Under the pieces are notes generated by a model that searched no databases, was not told the DNA's origin, and saw only the letters and a program-made list of their open reading frames with translations. DNA of 64,000 bases, taken from contig WRHU01000001.1 in the NCBI GenBank assembly GCA_009783085.1, positions 128,196 to 192,195 on the forward strand, written 5' to 3'. This document shows positions 20,864 to 31,285 of the stretch, piece after piece. The translations under genes were made by a program, and so were the position numbers. This stretch comes from Coriobacteriia bacterium (GTDB lineage Bacteria; Actinomycetota; Coriobacteriia; Coriobacteriales; UBA8131). Position 1 is the first letter of the stretch. Each line of letters starts with the position of its first letter.

Positions 20864-21652
20864 TTGGCACAGTTTGGCAGAAGACGACAACGGAGATGGC
20901 GCTTTGGGGACGGCGGCAATCGTTTTGACGGCAAAACGCGGGCTCCACGCACTACGGGGCAGCCCATCAGTCCTGCGCTCAAGCGTGGCGTGCGCCACTG
21001 CAAGCGTTGTGGCAACCGTGTTATTAGTCAGGCTGATAACTGCCCGTATTGCGGCGGAAGCCTGCTGCCGTTCTTTTTACGCCTGTGGTTTTGGTTGCTG
21101 GTAGTGCTAGCGGTAGCAGGAGTTGTCTTTTTTGCCGTGTTTAGGTTTGCGCCCTCTCCCACTACCGAAATTACACACCCCGAACAACCCAATGCTCCCT
21201 TAGTTGTAGGGGCTGAGGCTGGCACGCCCATCAAAGACCTCAAGATTGGTACCAAGATTGATGTTGATGGTCTTGAGGTAACGGTTACAGGTTTTGAGGA
21301 CGAAGGCTTGCTTGACAGAAATGAAAAGCCGCTTCAGGTTCTTACTGTGGAGTTTGTTAATAAGCGCAAGCAAGACGCAACGTTGTATTCTACTCAGTGG
21401 ATGGCAGAGCTTGCAGATGGCACCCGCATAGATACGTACATTGGTAGCACTATCGAAGGCACGCCAATAACTGGCAATTTTGAGAGCTACGAACTCCCCG
21501 CAGGGGGAAGTTTTAAGGGAAGGCTCTATTTTGAGTGCGAGGCAGCTGCGCTGATAATCTATCAACCAACGCCCCTTGCCTTTGACGAGGAGCTGCTGGT
21601 TACGTGGAGTACCGCTGACCAAAAGAAATCAGATAAGAACTCGGATAATTAG
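20864..21652 (+). CDS. Zinc-ribbon / single-TM / DUF4352-like extracellular domain protein
   Basis: CKRCGN..(8)..CPYCGG, then a TM helix (FFLRLWFWLLVVLAVAGVVFFAVF), then a beta-rich domain. The start (TTG 20864, GGGAG upstream) is uncertain. Confidence 0.55.
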   Translation: MAQFGRRRQRRWRFGDGGNRFDGKTRAPRTTGQPISPALKRGVRHCKRCGNRVISQADNCPYCGGSLLPFFLRLWFWLLVVLAVAGVVFFAVFRFAPSPTTEITHPEQPNAPLVVGAEAGTPIKDLKIGTKIDVDGLEVTVTGFEDEGLLDRNEKPLQVLTVEFVNKRKQDATLYSTQWMAELADGTRIDTYIGSTIEGTPITGNFESYELPAGGSFKGRLYFECEAAALIIYQPTPLAFDEELLVTWSTADQKKSDKNSDN

Positions 21653-21680
21653 AGAAGGTCGCGCAAAGCGCGACCTTCTC
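21652..21680. terminator. Bidirectional rho-independent terminator hairpin
   Basis: GAGAAGGTCGCGC-AAA-GCGCGACCTTCTC is a perfect 13-bp stem between the convergent 20864..21652 gene and secF. Confidence 0.75.
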
Positions 21681-21737
21681 AACAATCTCTAAAATGCCTG
21701 AGCCCTAATTTCGCCGGCTAGCAGACAGTACCTACAG

Positions 21738-22709
21738 CTAGTCTTGCAGGTTGTCGGCAGTGGTAAAGACACCGACCCCTTCCCCATATTTTTTATACAG
21801 CTTCTTGTACTTGGGTTCTCGTTGTTTCCAAAGCGCGAATATGGGTGACGCCAACGCAATGGACGAGTACGAACCAAGCACCAAACCAATCGCCATAGCA
21901 AATGCGAAGTCCTTCAGGGTTTCGCCTCCAAAGAACAACATCGCCAAAACGGGAACCAGTGAGGTTAAAAGTGTGTTGATGGTACGCACAATAACCTGGT
22001 TGATTGAGTGGTTGGCCACCGTAATAAAGGAGTGGTTTTTCGTTGTCGAAACATTGTCGCTAATACGGTGGAACACAACAACCGTATCGTAAAGCGAGTA
22101 ACCCATAATAGTGAGCAGTGCCGCAATAACATTTGGCGTTATCTCTCGGCCAAAGACCGCATAAATACCAACGATAATGATAAGGTCGTGGAACAACGTT
22201 AGAATTGCCGAGATACTCATCTTGTACTCAAAGCGAATAGACATATAGATGATAATGAGCGCAATAGCAACCAGGAAGGCTATGAGTGAGGTACGCGTAA
22301 CTTCAGCACCCCAACCTGGACCAACGGTGGTAATCATGGGCGCCTCTGCGTCTTTATCAAGCTTGAGCGTTTCAGCAGCTTTGCTTACAAACTCATAGGT
22401 TTCGGCAGCATCAGTTGAAGCAATGCGCACGATAAAGCCCTTGGTGCCGGTAGCATCAGTTGTGGTTTGTATAGTGGGGTTTTCAACACCTGCTTCCTCG
22501 AAAGCAGAGCGCATCTCTTCGGTTTTTATATCTCCCGTATCAGTAAAGGTAATAGAACTACCGCCCACAAACTCAATACCGTAGTTCAAGCCTCGCAACG
22601 GTATGGCCACAAGCGAAATAAGAATAAGCACCAACGAAATGGCAAAGAATATTCTGCGATGAGAGAGAAAGTCGATATCTTTTTTGAATGGCCTAACCAT
22701 TTGCAACAC
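21738..22709 (-). CDS. secF: Protein translocase subunit SecF
   Basis: Typical SecF TM pattern and the motif YDTVVVFHRI. Candidate starts are GTG 22709, TTG 22706 and ATG 22700. Overlaps the secD stop. Confidence 0.9.
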   Translation of the reverse strand: MLQMVRPFKKDIDFLSHRRIFFAISLVLILISLVAIPLRGLNYGIEFVGGSSITFTDTGDIKTEEMRSAFEEAGVENPTIQTTTDATGTKGFIVRIASTDAAETYEFVSKAAETLKLDKDAEAPMITTVGPGWGAEVTRTSLIAFLVAIALIIIYMSIRFEYKMSISAILTLFHDLIIIVGIYAVFGREITPNVIAALLTIMGYSLYDTVVVFHRISDNVSTTKNHSFITVANHSINQVIVRTINTLLTSLVPVLAMLFFGGETLKDFAFAMAIGLVLGSYSSIALASPIFALWKQREPKYKKLYKKYGEGVGVFTTADNLQD

Positions 22710-24264
22710 CTCGATTCAGCTCACCGGAAGCAAGTGCGAACTCCTCGTCCTCCTTAACACCCCAGAAACCAGGGTGCTTAGCAATGAAGCGAGGAGCGAG
22801 CAACCGAACCACCGGAGCTTTGAACAAAATCATAGTTATGATGTCGCAAACAACGCCGATTGCCAACGTAAGACCAAAACCCTTGACGGTACCAACGGCA
22901 ATAAAGAACAAGGCAAGAGCCGAAATTAAGGTAACAAAGTCAGCATCAAGCGAGGTTTTAATTGCGTGCCACACACCAGTTTGCGAGGCGGCGCGCACCG
23001 AGCGTCCCATACGGATTTCTTCTTTGAAGCGTTCAAGAACAAGAATGGACGAGTCGGCGGCAACACCAATCGACAAAACGATACCTGCGATACCGGCAAG
23101 CGAGAGCGCAAAAAAGCCGAGACTTGAAAGCAAGGCAAGCACCCCAAGATACAGAATGGCAAAGACACCTACTGCCGCAGCCGTCAAAAGACCAATGCCT
23201 TTATAGAAAAACAAAAGATATAAGGCAACCAATGCAAGACCAATGAGGGCAACCAAAATACCCGCCATCAAAGATTCCTGACCCAAGGTAGGCCCAACAA
23301 CCTGTGCGTTAATAACACTGAGGCTTACCGGTAGCGAACCTGATTGTAAAATGGTTTTAAGTGAGTCCGCTTCTTTAAGGCCGTAGTTTCCCGTGATGGA
23401 CACCCGTCCATCGCCGATGATGGTTTGAACGGCAGGGGCAGACTGAATGGCGCCATCAAGCACTATCGCAATTTTGCCCTTGGTAGGCGCAAGCTGCGTA
23501 GTTACCTCTTTGAAAGCCTGCGCTGCTGTGCGGTTAAGCTCAAGTCCAACTGAGTAATCAGGACCAACACCGTTGTCAAGCCCTACGGTTACTTGCGTAA
23601 TGTCAGCACCGGTAAAGATGGGAGTATAGTCTTTTTCGTCAATGGAAATGAGCTGATAGTAGTTGCTGTCGCCCTCTGAGTCCTCATCCCCGCCCCCACT
23701 TATGTCGAGAATGGTATAGATACCCATAGGAACGCGTCCGGTTTGCTCATCTGGGTTTGCATTTAATATTTGGTTAGGCTTAAGATCCCCAAACGCGAGC
23801 TTTCGGTTTATCTCTTGATCGGTAACGTAGACGCCACTCTCAAGAGCCTCAATGGCACCCTTGTTCTCAAGGTCGGCAACATTAACAAAGTGGAGCACAC
23901 CAGTTTTGCCAATTGTGCTTACCGCCTGCGCCTGATCAACAATGCCAGGGATTTGGACGAGAAGCTGATTGTTGCCTTGCACCTGAACGGTTGCCTCGCT
24001 AGCGCCGAGAAGGTTTACGCGCCGCTCAACAATTTGTCGGGCAGCTGTCATCTCTTCGCTCGACGGGTCTTTGTCGTCAGTCTTTTTTGCCTCAAGAATT
24101 ACAGACAAGCCACCTTGCACATCAAGACCACGCTTGATGCTCTCATTCGGGGGCATAAACAAAACGAAGGACGTTGCTACCAGTAAAGCCAATAAGGTAA
24201 GCAGCATCACATGATTGCGGGACTGCCCCGGCTTCTTTTTTGGTTTGAATCTCCTGTCGGACAT
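22693..24264 (-). CDS. secD: Protein translocase subunit SecD
   Basis: Motifs LGLDLQGG-like (RGLDVQGGLS), a large periplasmic-type loop and a C-terminal 6-TM bundle. GGAGAGAGG RBS. Confidence 0.9.
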   Translation of the reverse strand: MSDRRFKPKKKPGQSRNHVMLLTLLALLVATSFVLFMPPNESIKRGLDVQGGLSVILEAKKTDDKDPSSEEMTAARQIVERRVNLLGASEATVQVQGNNQLLVQIPGIVDQAQAVSTIGKTGVLHFVNVADLENKGAIEALESGVYVTDQEINRKLAFGDLKPNQILNANPDEQTGRVPMGIYTILDISGGGDEDSEGDSNYYQLISIDEKDYTPIFTGADITQVTVGLDNGVGPDYSVGLELNRTAAQAFKEVTTQLAPTKGKIAIVLDGAIQSAPAVQTIIGDGRVSITGNYGLKEADSLKTILQSGSLPVSLSVINAQVVGPTLGQESLMAGILVALIGLALVALYLLFFYKGIGLLTAAAVGVFAILYLGVLALLSSLGFFALSLAGIAGIVLSIGVAADSSILVLERFKEEIRMGRSVRAASQTGVWHAIKTSLDADFVTLISALALFFIAVGTVKGFGLTLAIGVVCDIITMILFKAPVVRLLAPRFIAKHPGFWGVKEDEEFALASGELNRGVANG

Positions 24265-24348
24265 AGTACCTCTCTCCTGCTTTCTTTCTTACGAACCCAC
24301 CACATATCTCCACCACGCAAGATATGGCTACAAACCGATAATTATAAC

Positions 24349-25494
<1,146 letters not shown>

Positions 25495-25542
25495 TCACAA
25501 TGGTGCGTCATTGAACCTACAACCTATTTGGTCAACAACTGT

Positions 25543-25660
25543 CACCAACCTACTGCTCTCCCATTAGGCACCGGGTCAAGCCCGGTGCGACATACCGCCA
25601 AGCACAGTGCGACATACCGTCAAGCACGGTGCGACATACCGTCAAGCACGGTGCGACAAC
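25543..25660. repeat. Intergenic repeat element: conserved leader, 7-bp hairpin and 3.5 copies of a 22-nt tandem unit
   Basis: CACCAACCTACTGCTCTCCCATTAGG, then CACCGGG-TCAAG-CCCGGTG, then GTGCGACATACCG(C/T)CAAGCAC(A/G) repeated at 25585, 25607, 25629 and 25651 (partial). The same module occurs at 48741..48970. Confidence 0.85.
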
Positions 25661-25661
25661 A

Positions 25662-26714
25662 CTACACTATAAGCATGGCATCGCCAAACGAAAGGAAACG
25701 ATAATCGTTTTCCAGTGCCTCATTATAAGCCCGCATGATGCTCTCTCTGTCTGCAAATGCACTCACGAGCGCTAAAAGCGTTGAGCGCGGTACGTGAAAA
25801 TTGGTGATAAGTGCATCTACAGCTCTAAACTGATAACCCGGCGTAATAAAAAGCTCGGTTGCTTCGTTAGTGCGTGGCGTGAGCTGTTGGTTCGCTTCAT
25901 TCCATGCGCTTTCAAGACAGCGCACACTGGTAGTTCCAACGGCAATAACACGCCCTCCCTGTTTGCGAGTTTGCGCGATAGCATCAATGACCTGTTGGCT
26001 CACGGTGTAGTTCTCTGAGTGTATCTGGTGCTCCTCAAGATGTTCTTCCTCAACTATGCGAAAGGTATCAAGCCCTACGGTTAAGTCAACCGTTTCAAGA
26101 CGTGTACCCTGCTCTTTGATTTGTGCGAGGAGCTCAGGGGTAAAATGCAAGCCAGCCGTTGGAGCAGCCGCAGAGCTTTCATGTGCCGCATAGACGGTTT
26201 GATAGAGTTCGGTGTCACCGGTGTAGTTTGTAATGTACGGCGGCAGGGGCAAACTTCCTATTGCGTGAATGGCCTCATGGAGGTTTTGATTGCTGAGGGC
26301 ACGCAGCTTTACCACACGCTGCCCGCGCTCGCCTGAGATGACCCAATTTACAATTTCTGCTTCCATACCCTCAAAACTAACCAGCGCACCCGGCTTAAGA
26401 CGCTTTCCGGGCCGCACCAGAGCCTCCCAGAGCTCCTCTCGCTCGTTAAGAGTTTCTAGGCGGTTAAGGAGCAGCAGTTCTGCCTCTCCCCCGCCTGAGC
26501 GTGTTCCTATAAGGCGGGCGGGCATAACCCTGGTTTCATTGACCACCAGCAAGTCCTTGGGAGTAAGGTAGGTAATAATGTCGCTAAAAACGCGATGTTC
26601 GATGCGCTGTTTAGCACGGTTTAATACGAGCAGCTTGCAGCTATCACGCGGCACAACGGGGCTTTGCGCGATGCGCTCTTTGGGAAGGCTGTAGTCGAAG
26701 TCGCTTGTTAGCAT
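25662..26714 (-). CDS. queA: S-adenosylmethionine:tRNA ribosyltransferase-isomerase
   Basis: N-terminus FDYSLPKERIAQSP, then HFT.EL and GTTSVR motifs. Overlaps the queH stop by 7 nt. Confidence 0.95.
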   Translation of the reverse strand: MLTSDFDYSLPKERIAQSPVVPRDSCKLLVLNRAKQRIEHRVFSDIITYLTPKDLLVVNETRVMPARLIGTRSGGGEAELLLLNRLETLNEREELWEALVRPGKRLKPGALVSFEGMEAEIVNWVISGERGQRVVKLRALSNQNLHEAIHAIGSLPLPPYITNYTGDTELYQTVYAAHESSAAAPTAGLHFTPELLAQIKEQGTRLETVDLTVGLDTFRIVEEEHLEEHQIHSENYTVSQQVIDAIAQTRKQGGRVIAVGTTSVRCLESAWNEANQQLTPRTNEATELFITPGYQFRAVDALITNFHVPRSTLLALVSAFADRESIMRAYNEALENDYRFLSFGDAMLIV

Positions 26715-27511
26715 GAGCTGCCCTGCTGCTGTTCACTTAGTTGTGGCTTCTGCCGGGTTTGCAGACGCGCTTCTTTTTGTGCTTCTTTTTGTTCTTTTTT
26801 TCGTGCCTCTCGCTCCAATCGAGCCTCCTCTTGAGAGAAACGACAACCGCAATAATTTTGTCGATACATGCCCAGTTCTTTGCTGCGCAGAGTTGCCCGA
26901 GGATACTGCTCCTTGAAGTCAACGCAAAGCGGCGTTAAGCCATATTTATGCGCTGCCGCTTCGAGCTCCTCAAAAATAATCTCGGTAAATTGATAAGGAC
27001 TTATGGTAAGCGTGGTTGCAAGATACTCAAAGCCCTGTTCTTTTGCAAGCAAGGCAGCCTGTTCAAAACGCAGACGGCAGCAAGCTCGACAACGCTTGCG
27101 CCGAGCACACAGATTGTCCTTATAGTCAGTTGTGTCGCCATAGTCGGCAGAGCCCTTGGAGCCAGCAGAGCCCTGAGATCCAGCCGCTCCCTTAGTTCCC
27201 TCAATAAGCGGATATGGGCCACCAAAACAACCAACCTGCTCCTCCCAAGCCTCGAAATCATTTGATGACGCTAAAACAGGTAGCTCGCAGGCATCGGCAT
27301 ACGCAAGAAAGGTGTCGAGCCGTTTTTGATACTCCTCGTCTGGGTAAATATTGGGATTAATATAAGCTGCTGCCACCTCAAAGCCATCGTGCCTAAAAAC
27401 ATCGAGAGGCACTATTGAGCACGGTGCACAACAGCTGTGCAGTAAGAGTTTTTTTGTGTTTGGATTTTTATTTGTGTCCATCAGTTTGCCTGCCATGTTG
27501 TGCAGCTGCAC
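26708..27511 (-). CDS. queH: Epoxyqueuosine reductase QueH (DUF208)
   Basis: LLLHSCCAPCS signature and conserved Cys pairs (CRACC, YCGC). Start is uncertain (GTG 27511, ATG 27496 or ATG 27481). Carries an internal Gly/Ser repeat and a Lys/Glu-rich tail. Confidence 0.85.
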   Translation of the reverse strand: MQLHNMAGKLMDTNKNPNTKKLLLHSCCAPCSIVPLDVFRHDGFEVAAAYINPNIYPDEEYQKRLDTFLAYADACELPVLASSNDFEAWEEQVGCFGGPYPLIEGTKGAAGSQGSAGSKGSADYGDTTDYKDNLCARRKRCRACCRLRFEQAALLAKEQGFEYLATTLTISPYQFTEIIFEELEAAAHKYGLTPLCVDFKEQYPRATLRSKELGMYRQNYCGCRFSQEEARLEREARKKEQKEAQKEARLQTRQKPQLSEQQQGSSC

Positions 27512-27603
27512 GGCAAGAACCTCGCCCTGCCATACCGCACCAGAAAGAAAAGAAAGGCGACTTAAAAAAGCCGCCTCACCTTTAAGCTAATGTCGTAAAA
27601 CGA

Positions 27604-27807
27604 TTAGAGCTTGCGGACATTGCTGGCTTGGAGTTTGCCATTCTGTCCAGTTGTGATGTCAAACTCAACAGGAGCATCTTCCTCGAGGGTCTTAAACCCA
27701 TCGATCTGGATCTCTGAGAAATGAACAAAGAGATCGTCGCCGTCTTCACGAGAAATGAAGCCGTAGCCCTTGTCAGGGTTGAACCACTTTACCTTGCCTT
27801 CAGCCAT
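27604..27807 (-). CDS. cspA: Cold-shock protein (CspA family)
   Basis: [18 protein letters not shown] (RNP1) and DLFVHFS (RNP2), 67 aa. The longer ORF to 27891 is rejected. Confidence 0.95.
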   Translation of the reverse strand: MAEGKVKWFNPDKGYGFISREDGDDLFVHFSEIQIDGFKTLEEDAPVEFDITTGQNGKLQASNVRKL

Positions 27808-27908
27808 GTTTTGCCTATCTTTCTGCCTTTCGGCACACACAAACGACGCTTGCACGGCCACGTGCAATACGCCGCGAACCACTGTGAGCAAAATCGCTCA
27901 CAGGCAAT

Positions 27909-27939
27909 AGTCTACCACATTAGCTCTTTTATGTGTCAA
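27909..27939 (-). promoter_or_regulatory. Candidate cspA promoter (TTGACA-N19-TAGACT with TG extension)
   Basis: On the minus strand: TTGACA (27939..27934), a 19-nt spacer ending TGG, then TAGACT (27914..27909). This leaves a 5'UTR of about 100 nt with the hairpin GTGAGC..GCTCAC, as is usual for csp leaders. Confidence 0.4.
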
Positions 27940-28054
27940 GCGCAGAAAATGGTGAGCGGCGTTTTTGTAAAAATAGTGCCCTATTGGGCCAAAAATATGG
28001 CTCTGACCTGTTCTTTTGCTTTTCATTCAACAAACGAGAAACCATTGCAAAAAC

Positions 28055-31000
28055 TCATCGTTTGGGCAGATATAAAGCCAATTTCTCAATAACCTCCTCA
28101 ATATCAAGAGGTTTTCCTACGTGAGAGTTCATGCCAGAATCGAGGCATTTTTGGACATCATCTTTGAATACGTTTGCCGTCATAGCGATGATAGGAATGT
28201 CCAATGCTTTCTCAAAACCCAGCTCCCGTATTTTTTGTGTGGTTTCGTAACCGTCCATTTCGGGCATTTGTACGTCCATAAAAATAGCGTCGTAGGCATC
28301 GGGATGAGCCTTAAACATTTCGTAGGTTTCTATGCCATTGACGGCACAGTCAATAGCCAGCTTGGTTGGCTCAAGTAAGGTCACTACTATCTCACGGTTG
28401 ATTTCGATATCCTCGGCAAGCAAAATATGATAGCCCTCAAACTGACCAATATGCTGCGTTACATCTCCGTCAGAGACCACCAACTCCTCACCAAAGAGTT
28501 CGTCGATAACTCCTTCTATGTCCGAGGAGAACAAAGGCTTAGAAACAAATCTGTCAACGCCTGCTGCCTTGGCAACACTTTCGACTTCGCTCCAGTCAAA
28601 GGCAGACATCAACACTACATAACAGGGCAAGGCACGCTTTTTCTTCTGCGACCGTATGCGCTTAACCAACTCAATGCCGTCGATGCCCGGCAGCTTCCAA
28701 TCAACAAAGCAAAGGTCGTAGCCACCGTTTTCTCCAATAAGACGCAAGGCGTATTCAGCCGTTTCTGCGGTGTCGCACGCAATGCCAAGCGAGCGCATGA
28801 TTTCCTTAAAGTACCAGAGCGCATCAGGATCATCTTCAACGGCAAGAACCTTCAGGTGCGTCCAATCATAGGAGGGCTTTAGCTGCTCGGCCCCCTCTGT
28901 CAACTTGACGGTAAAGCTAAAGGTTGCGCCATTGCCCAGTTCAGAGTCAACCCAAATCTCGCCGTCCATAAGCTCAATAATTTGTTTCGAGATGGCAAGC
29001 CCCAGCCCGGTACCGCCAAACTTTTTAGAGGTGGTGCTGTCCGCTTGCTGGAACGACTTAAACAGCTTGGCTTGCTGCTCGGGGCTTATCCCTATGCCAG
29101 AATCCGCTACGGACATCTTTATAGTGCACATTCCTTTGACGTTTTCGACTAGCTCAGTGTTTATGCTAATCGCTCCCTTGTCAGGAGTAAACTTCACCGC
29201 ATTACTCAAAAGATTGCTGATTACTTGTGCAAGATGCTGATCATCTCCGTGCAATACTTTGGGGATTTTACGGTCAACGTGTACTTCAAAGTCCTGCTGT
29301 TTTTCTTCAATGCGGAACTTATTAACACCCACTACGCGCTGCAGCATCTTTTCAAAATTAAAATCCTCGAGCGAAAGTTCAAACTTGCCCGCCTCAATTT
29401 TTGACATATCCAAAATATCGTTGATAACGCCCAACAGGTGCTTGGAGGCGACGTCTATCTTGTCAAAACAATCACGGATTCTGCTGCGGTCGCTTGAGTG
29501 CCTACCAATAGAAGTCATACCGATAATGGCGTTCATGGGCGTGCGAATCTCATGGCTCATGTTTGCCAAAAATGATGACTTTGCGCGGCTTTCTTGTTCC
29601 GCAACTTCAAGCATGCGCTTTTGATTTTTTGCTTCCTCGATGTATGAAATGTCAATAAAGTTTTCAAGCACCGCCGGGCGCCCATTGTAGGAGATGTTTG
29701 AAAGCGATTTTAGAATGGGAACAACCGTGCCGTCTGAGCGGGTAAACTTTTGCTCGGTTTTATTGGAGCCAGGCCCCAGGTCGAGGTCTAAGATAGGACA
29801 CATAACCGCCGGACAGAAAGTGTCTTGGCAAGACACGCCTACAATATCCTCCTTATTGCCTCCAAACAAACGCAATGCGGCTGGATTTACGTCGAGTACC
29901 TTGCGTGTTTGAGCGTCTATTACCGCAATAGAACTCTCAACATTTTCCCATACGGTTTCAAGCTGTTGGGATATATTGCGGTTTATGTCGTGTTCCTCTT
30001 TGGCATCATTCATAACCTTGACCATGCAGTTGGCTGGCAAATTGACGTTAAAGGCTATTTTTCGTGCCATGTTGTGACAGGTGCCAGACCCACAGGCGCC
30101 ACAGTCGATATTTTGCTCAGCATAGGTGTTTTTCTTAAGCTGCGCAAAGGCATCTTGAATATCTTGCTCGCCAATGCTGGGGAGCTCAAGGTCGATAGTC
30201 TGATAACCTCTTAAAAAGTCTGCAAGCTCAAGTTCTTTGTCAAGCTTTTTGTAGGCGGCTTCAAAATAGGCCTTATCATGGCTGTCCACAACACGCTTGC
30301 GGCGAGTGTTCATTGTTTTTTCTATCTCAAAAGTGGTTCTTGTGTGTGAGCTAGCAGGCCCCACGTTGCAGCCGTCCTCACAGTTGAGCACGTCAAACAA
30401 GTCGGGCAAGATTTCTGTAGAGGTTTTGGCGTAGGTGTTAAGTTTCTCGTAGACAGAAAACCCCTCTGCCTTTGAGATAAAGGGTTTTTTGCCCATAAAA
30501 AACTCGATATTTTCTTTAAGGCCTCCCGGCATGGGAAACAGTGCCCCCAGCCCGCCCTCGTCATAATCAAACTCTGTTTCTATCTCTGGAAGCTCAACCT
30601 TATGTTCCTCTAAATAAGCAAGCAGTTTTTCAAAGGTGACATTGTATTCTGCGATGCCTGTCTCGGTAAACTCACTCGTTTTGGCAACGCAGGGAGATAG
30701 GGCGGCTATGCGATCGCCCACCTTACGATAATTTTTCATGTAAATAGACGCACAGCCCATAGGACCGTGGACCGGAATAAGGTGCTTGAGGAGGTCGTGC
30801 TGATAGATCTCGCAATAATTGACAATCGCGGGGCACGGCTGTGTTATAAGCGGGCCCTTATCGCCTTGTTCAAGATAGCGCACCTGAGCCCAGATGCTAA
30901 TGTCAGCACCCAGCGAAACATCAAAAATGCTCTTGAGCCCCAGCTGCTTAAGATAGGTAAATATACGCTTGTAGTTAGGGATATTGGTTCGAATGGCAGG

Positions 31001-31285
31001 GGCAGCCATCAGAGTAATGGGAACGCCATTTTTGAGGTCTTCAAAAAAGCGCTCGGTATCATCAAGAAAGAAACGGGCATCATGCTTGCACGCCTTAAGA
31101 CAACGTCCGCATAAAATGCACTTGTCGCTGTCAACCTTAACTTTGATAGCACCTTCGCCGTCCTGATACGTGATGTTTGCCATCTCCATAGGACACTCGC
31201 GCACGCATCGGTTGCAGCCCGTGCAGTGTTCAGTTCTGGTGCTGATTATTGCTCTCACCTTGCACCACCCCTTTTTGAAATGCAA
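28055..31285 (-). CDS. Hybrid sensor histidine kinase/response regulator with N-terminal 2x[4Fe-4S] ferredoxin and [FeFe]-hydrogenase-like domain
   Basis: CTGCNRCVRECP and CILCGRCLKAC motifs. H-cluster-like motifs TQPCPAIV, SPCVAKTSE and NCEDGCNVGP. CGACGSGTC..(16)..C, a PAS-like region, the H-box MSHEIRTPMN, HATPase motifs (DSGIGI, GGTGLGL) and two REC domains (FVDWKLPGIDG, FMDVQMPEMDG). Start is TTG 31285 or GTG 31258. Confidence 0.85.
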   Translation of the reverse strand: MHFKKGWCKVRAIISTRTEHCTGCNRCVRECPMEMANITYQDGEGAIKVKVDSDKCILCGRCLKACKHDARFFLDDTERFFEDLKNGVPITLMAAPAIRTNIPNYKRIFTYLKQLGLKSIFDVSLGADISIWAQVRYLEQGDKGPLITQPCPAIVNYCEIYQHDLLKHLIPVHGPMGCASIYMKNYRKVGDRIAALSPCVAKTSEFTETGIAEYNVTFEKLLAYLEEHKVELPEIETEFDYDEGGLGALFPMPGGLKENIEFFMGKKPFISKAEGFSVYEKLNTYAKTSTEILPDLFDVLNCEDGCNVGPASSHTRTTFEIEKTMNTRRKRVVDSHDKAYFEAAYKKLDKELELADFLRGYQTIDLELPSIGEQDIQDAFAQLKKNTYAEQNIDCGACGSGTCHNMARKIAFNVNLPANCMVKVMNDAKEEHDINRNISQQLETVWENVESSIAVIDAQTRKVLDVNPAALRLFGGNKEDIVGVSCQDTFCPAVMCPILDLDLGPGSNKTEQKFTRSDGTVVPILKSLSNISYNGRPAVLENFIDISYIEEAKNQKRMLEVAEQESRAKSSFLANMSHEIRTPMNAIIGMTSIGRHSSDRSRIRDCFDKIDVASKHLLGVINDILDMSKIEAGKFELSLEDFNFEKMLQRVVGVNKFRIEEKQQDFEVHVDRKIPKVLHGDDQHLAQVISNLLSNAVKFTPDKGAISINTELVENVKGMCTIKMSVADSGIGISPEQQAKLFKSFQQADSTTSKKFGGTGLGLAISKQIIELMDGEIWVDSELGNGATFSFTVKLTEGAEQLKPSYDWTHLKVLAVEDDPDALWYFKEIMRSLGIACDTAETAEYALRLIGENGGYDLCFVDWKLPGIDGIELVKRIRSQKKKRALPCYVVLMSAFDWSEVESVAKAAGVDRFVSKPLFSSDIEGVIDELFGEELVVSDGDVTQHIGQFEGYHILLAEDIEINREIVVTLLEPTKLAIDCAVNGIETYEMFKAHPDAYDAIFMDVQMPEMDGYETTQKIRELGFEKALDIPIIAMTANVFKDDVQKCLDSGMNSHVGKPLDIEEVIEKLALYLPKR

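Noticed and set aside
20670-21104. 144-aa plus-strand ORF overlapping the recJ start and the zinc-ribbon gene.
   Set aside because: It is in a different frame from the zinc-ribbon/TM/DUF4352-like ORF, which has coherent domain logic. It has no RBS and an odd composition.
25585-25660. Possible CRISPR arrays at the 22-nt (25585..25660, 48910..48970) and 14-nt (62830..62955) repeats.
   Set aside because: The units are directly contiguous with no spacers, are shorter than CRISPR repeats, and no cas genes are present.
27512-27603. preQ1 riboswitch upstream of queH, or a cspA terminator.
   Set aside because: No preQ1-I/II consensus is present. Only a weak imperfect hairpin (AGGCGGC..GTCGCCT with a T-run) exists, which is too poor to annotate confidently.
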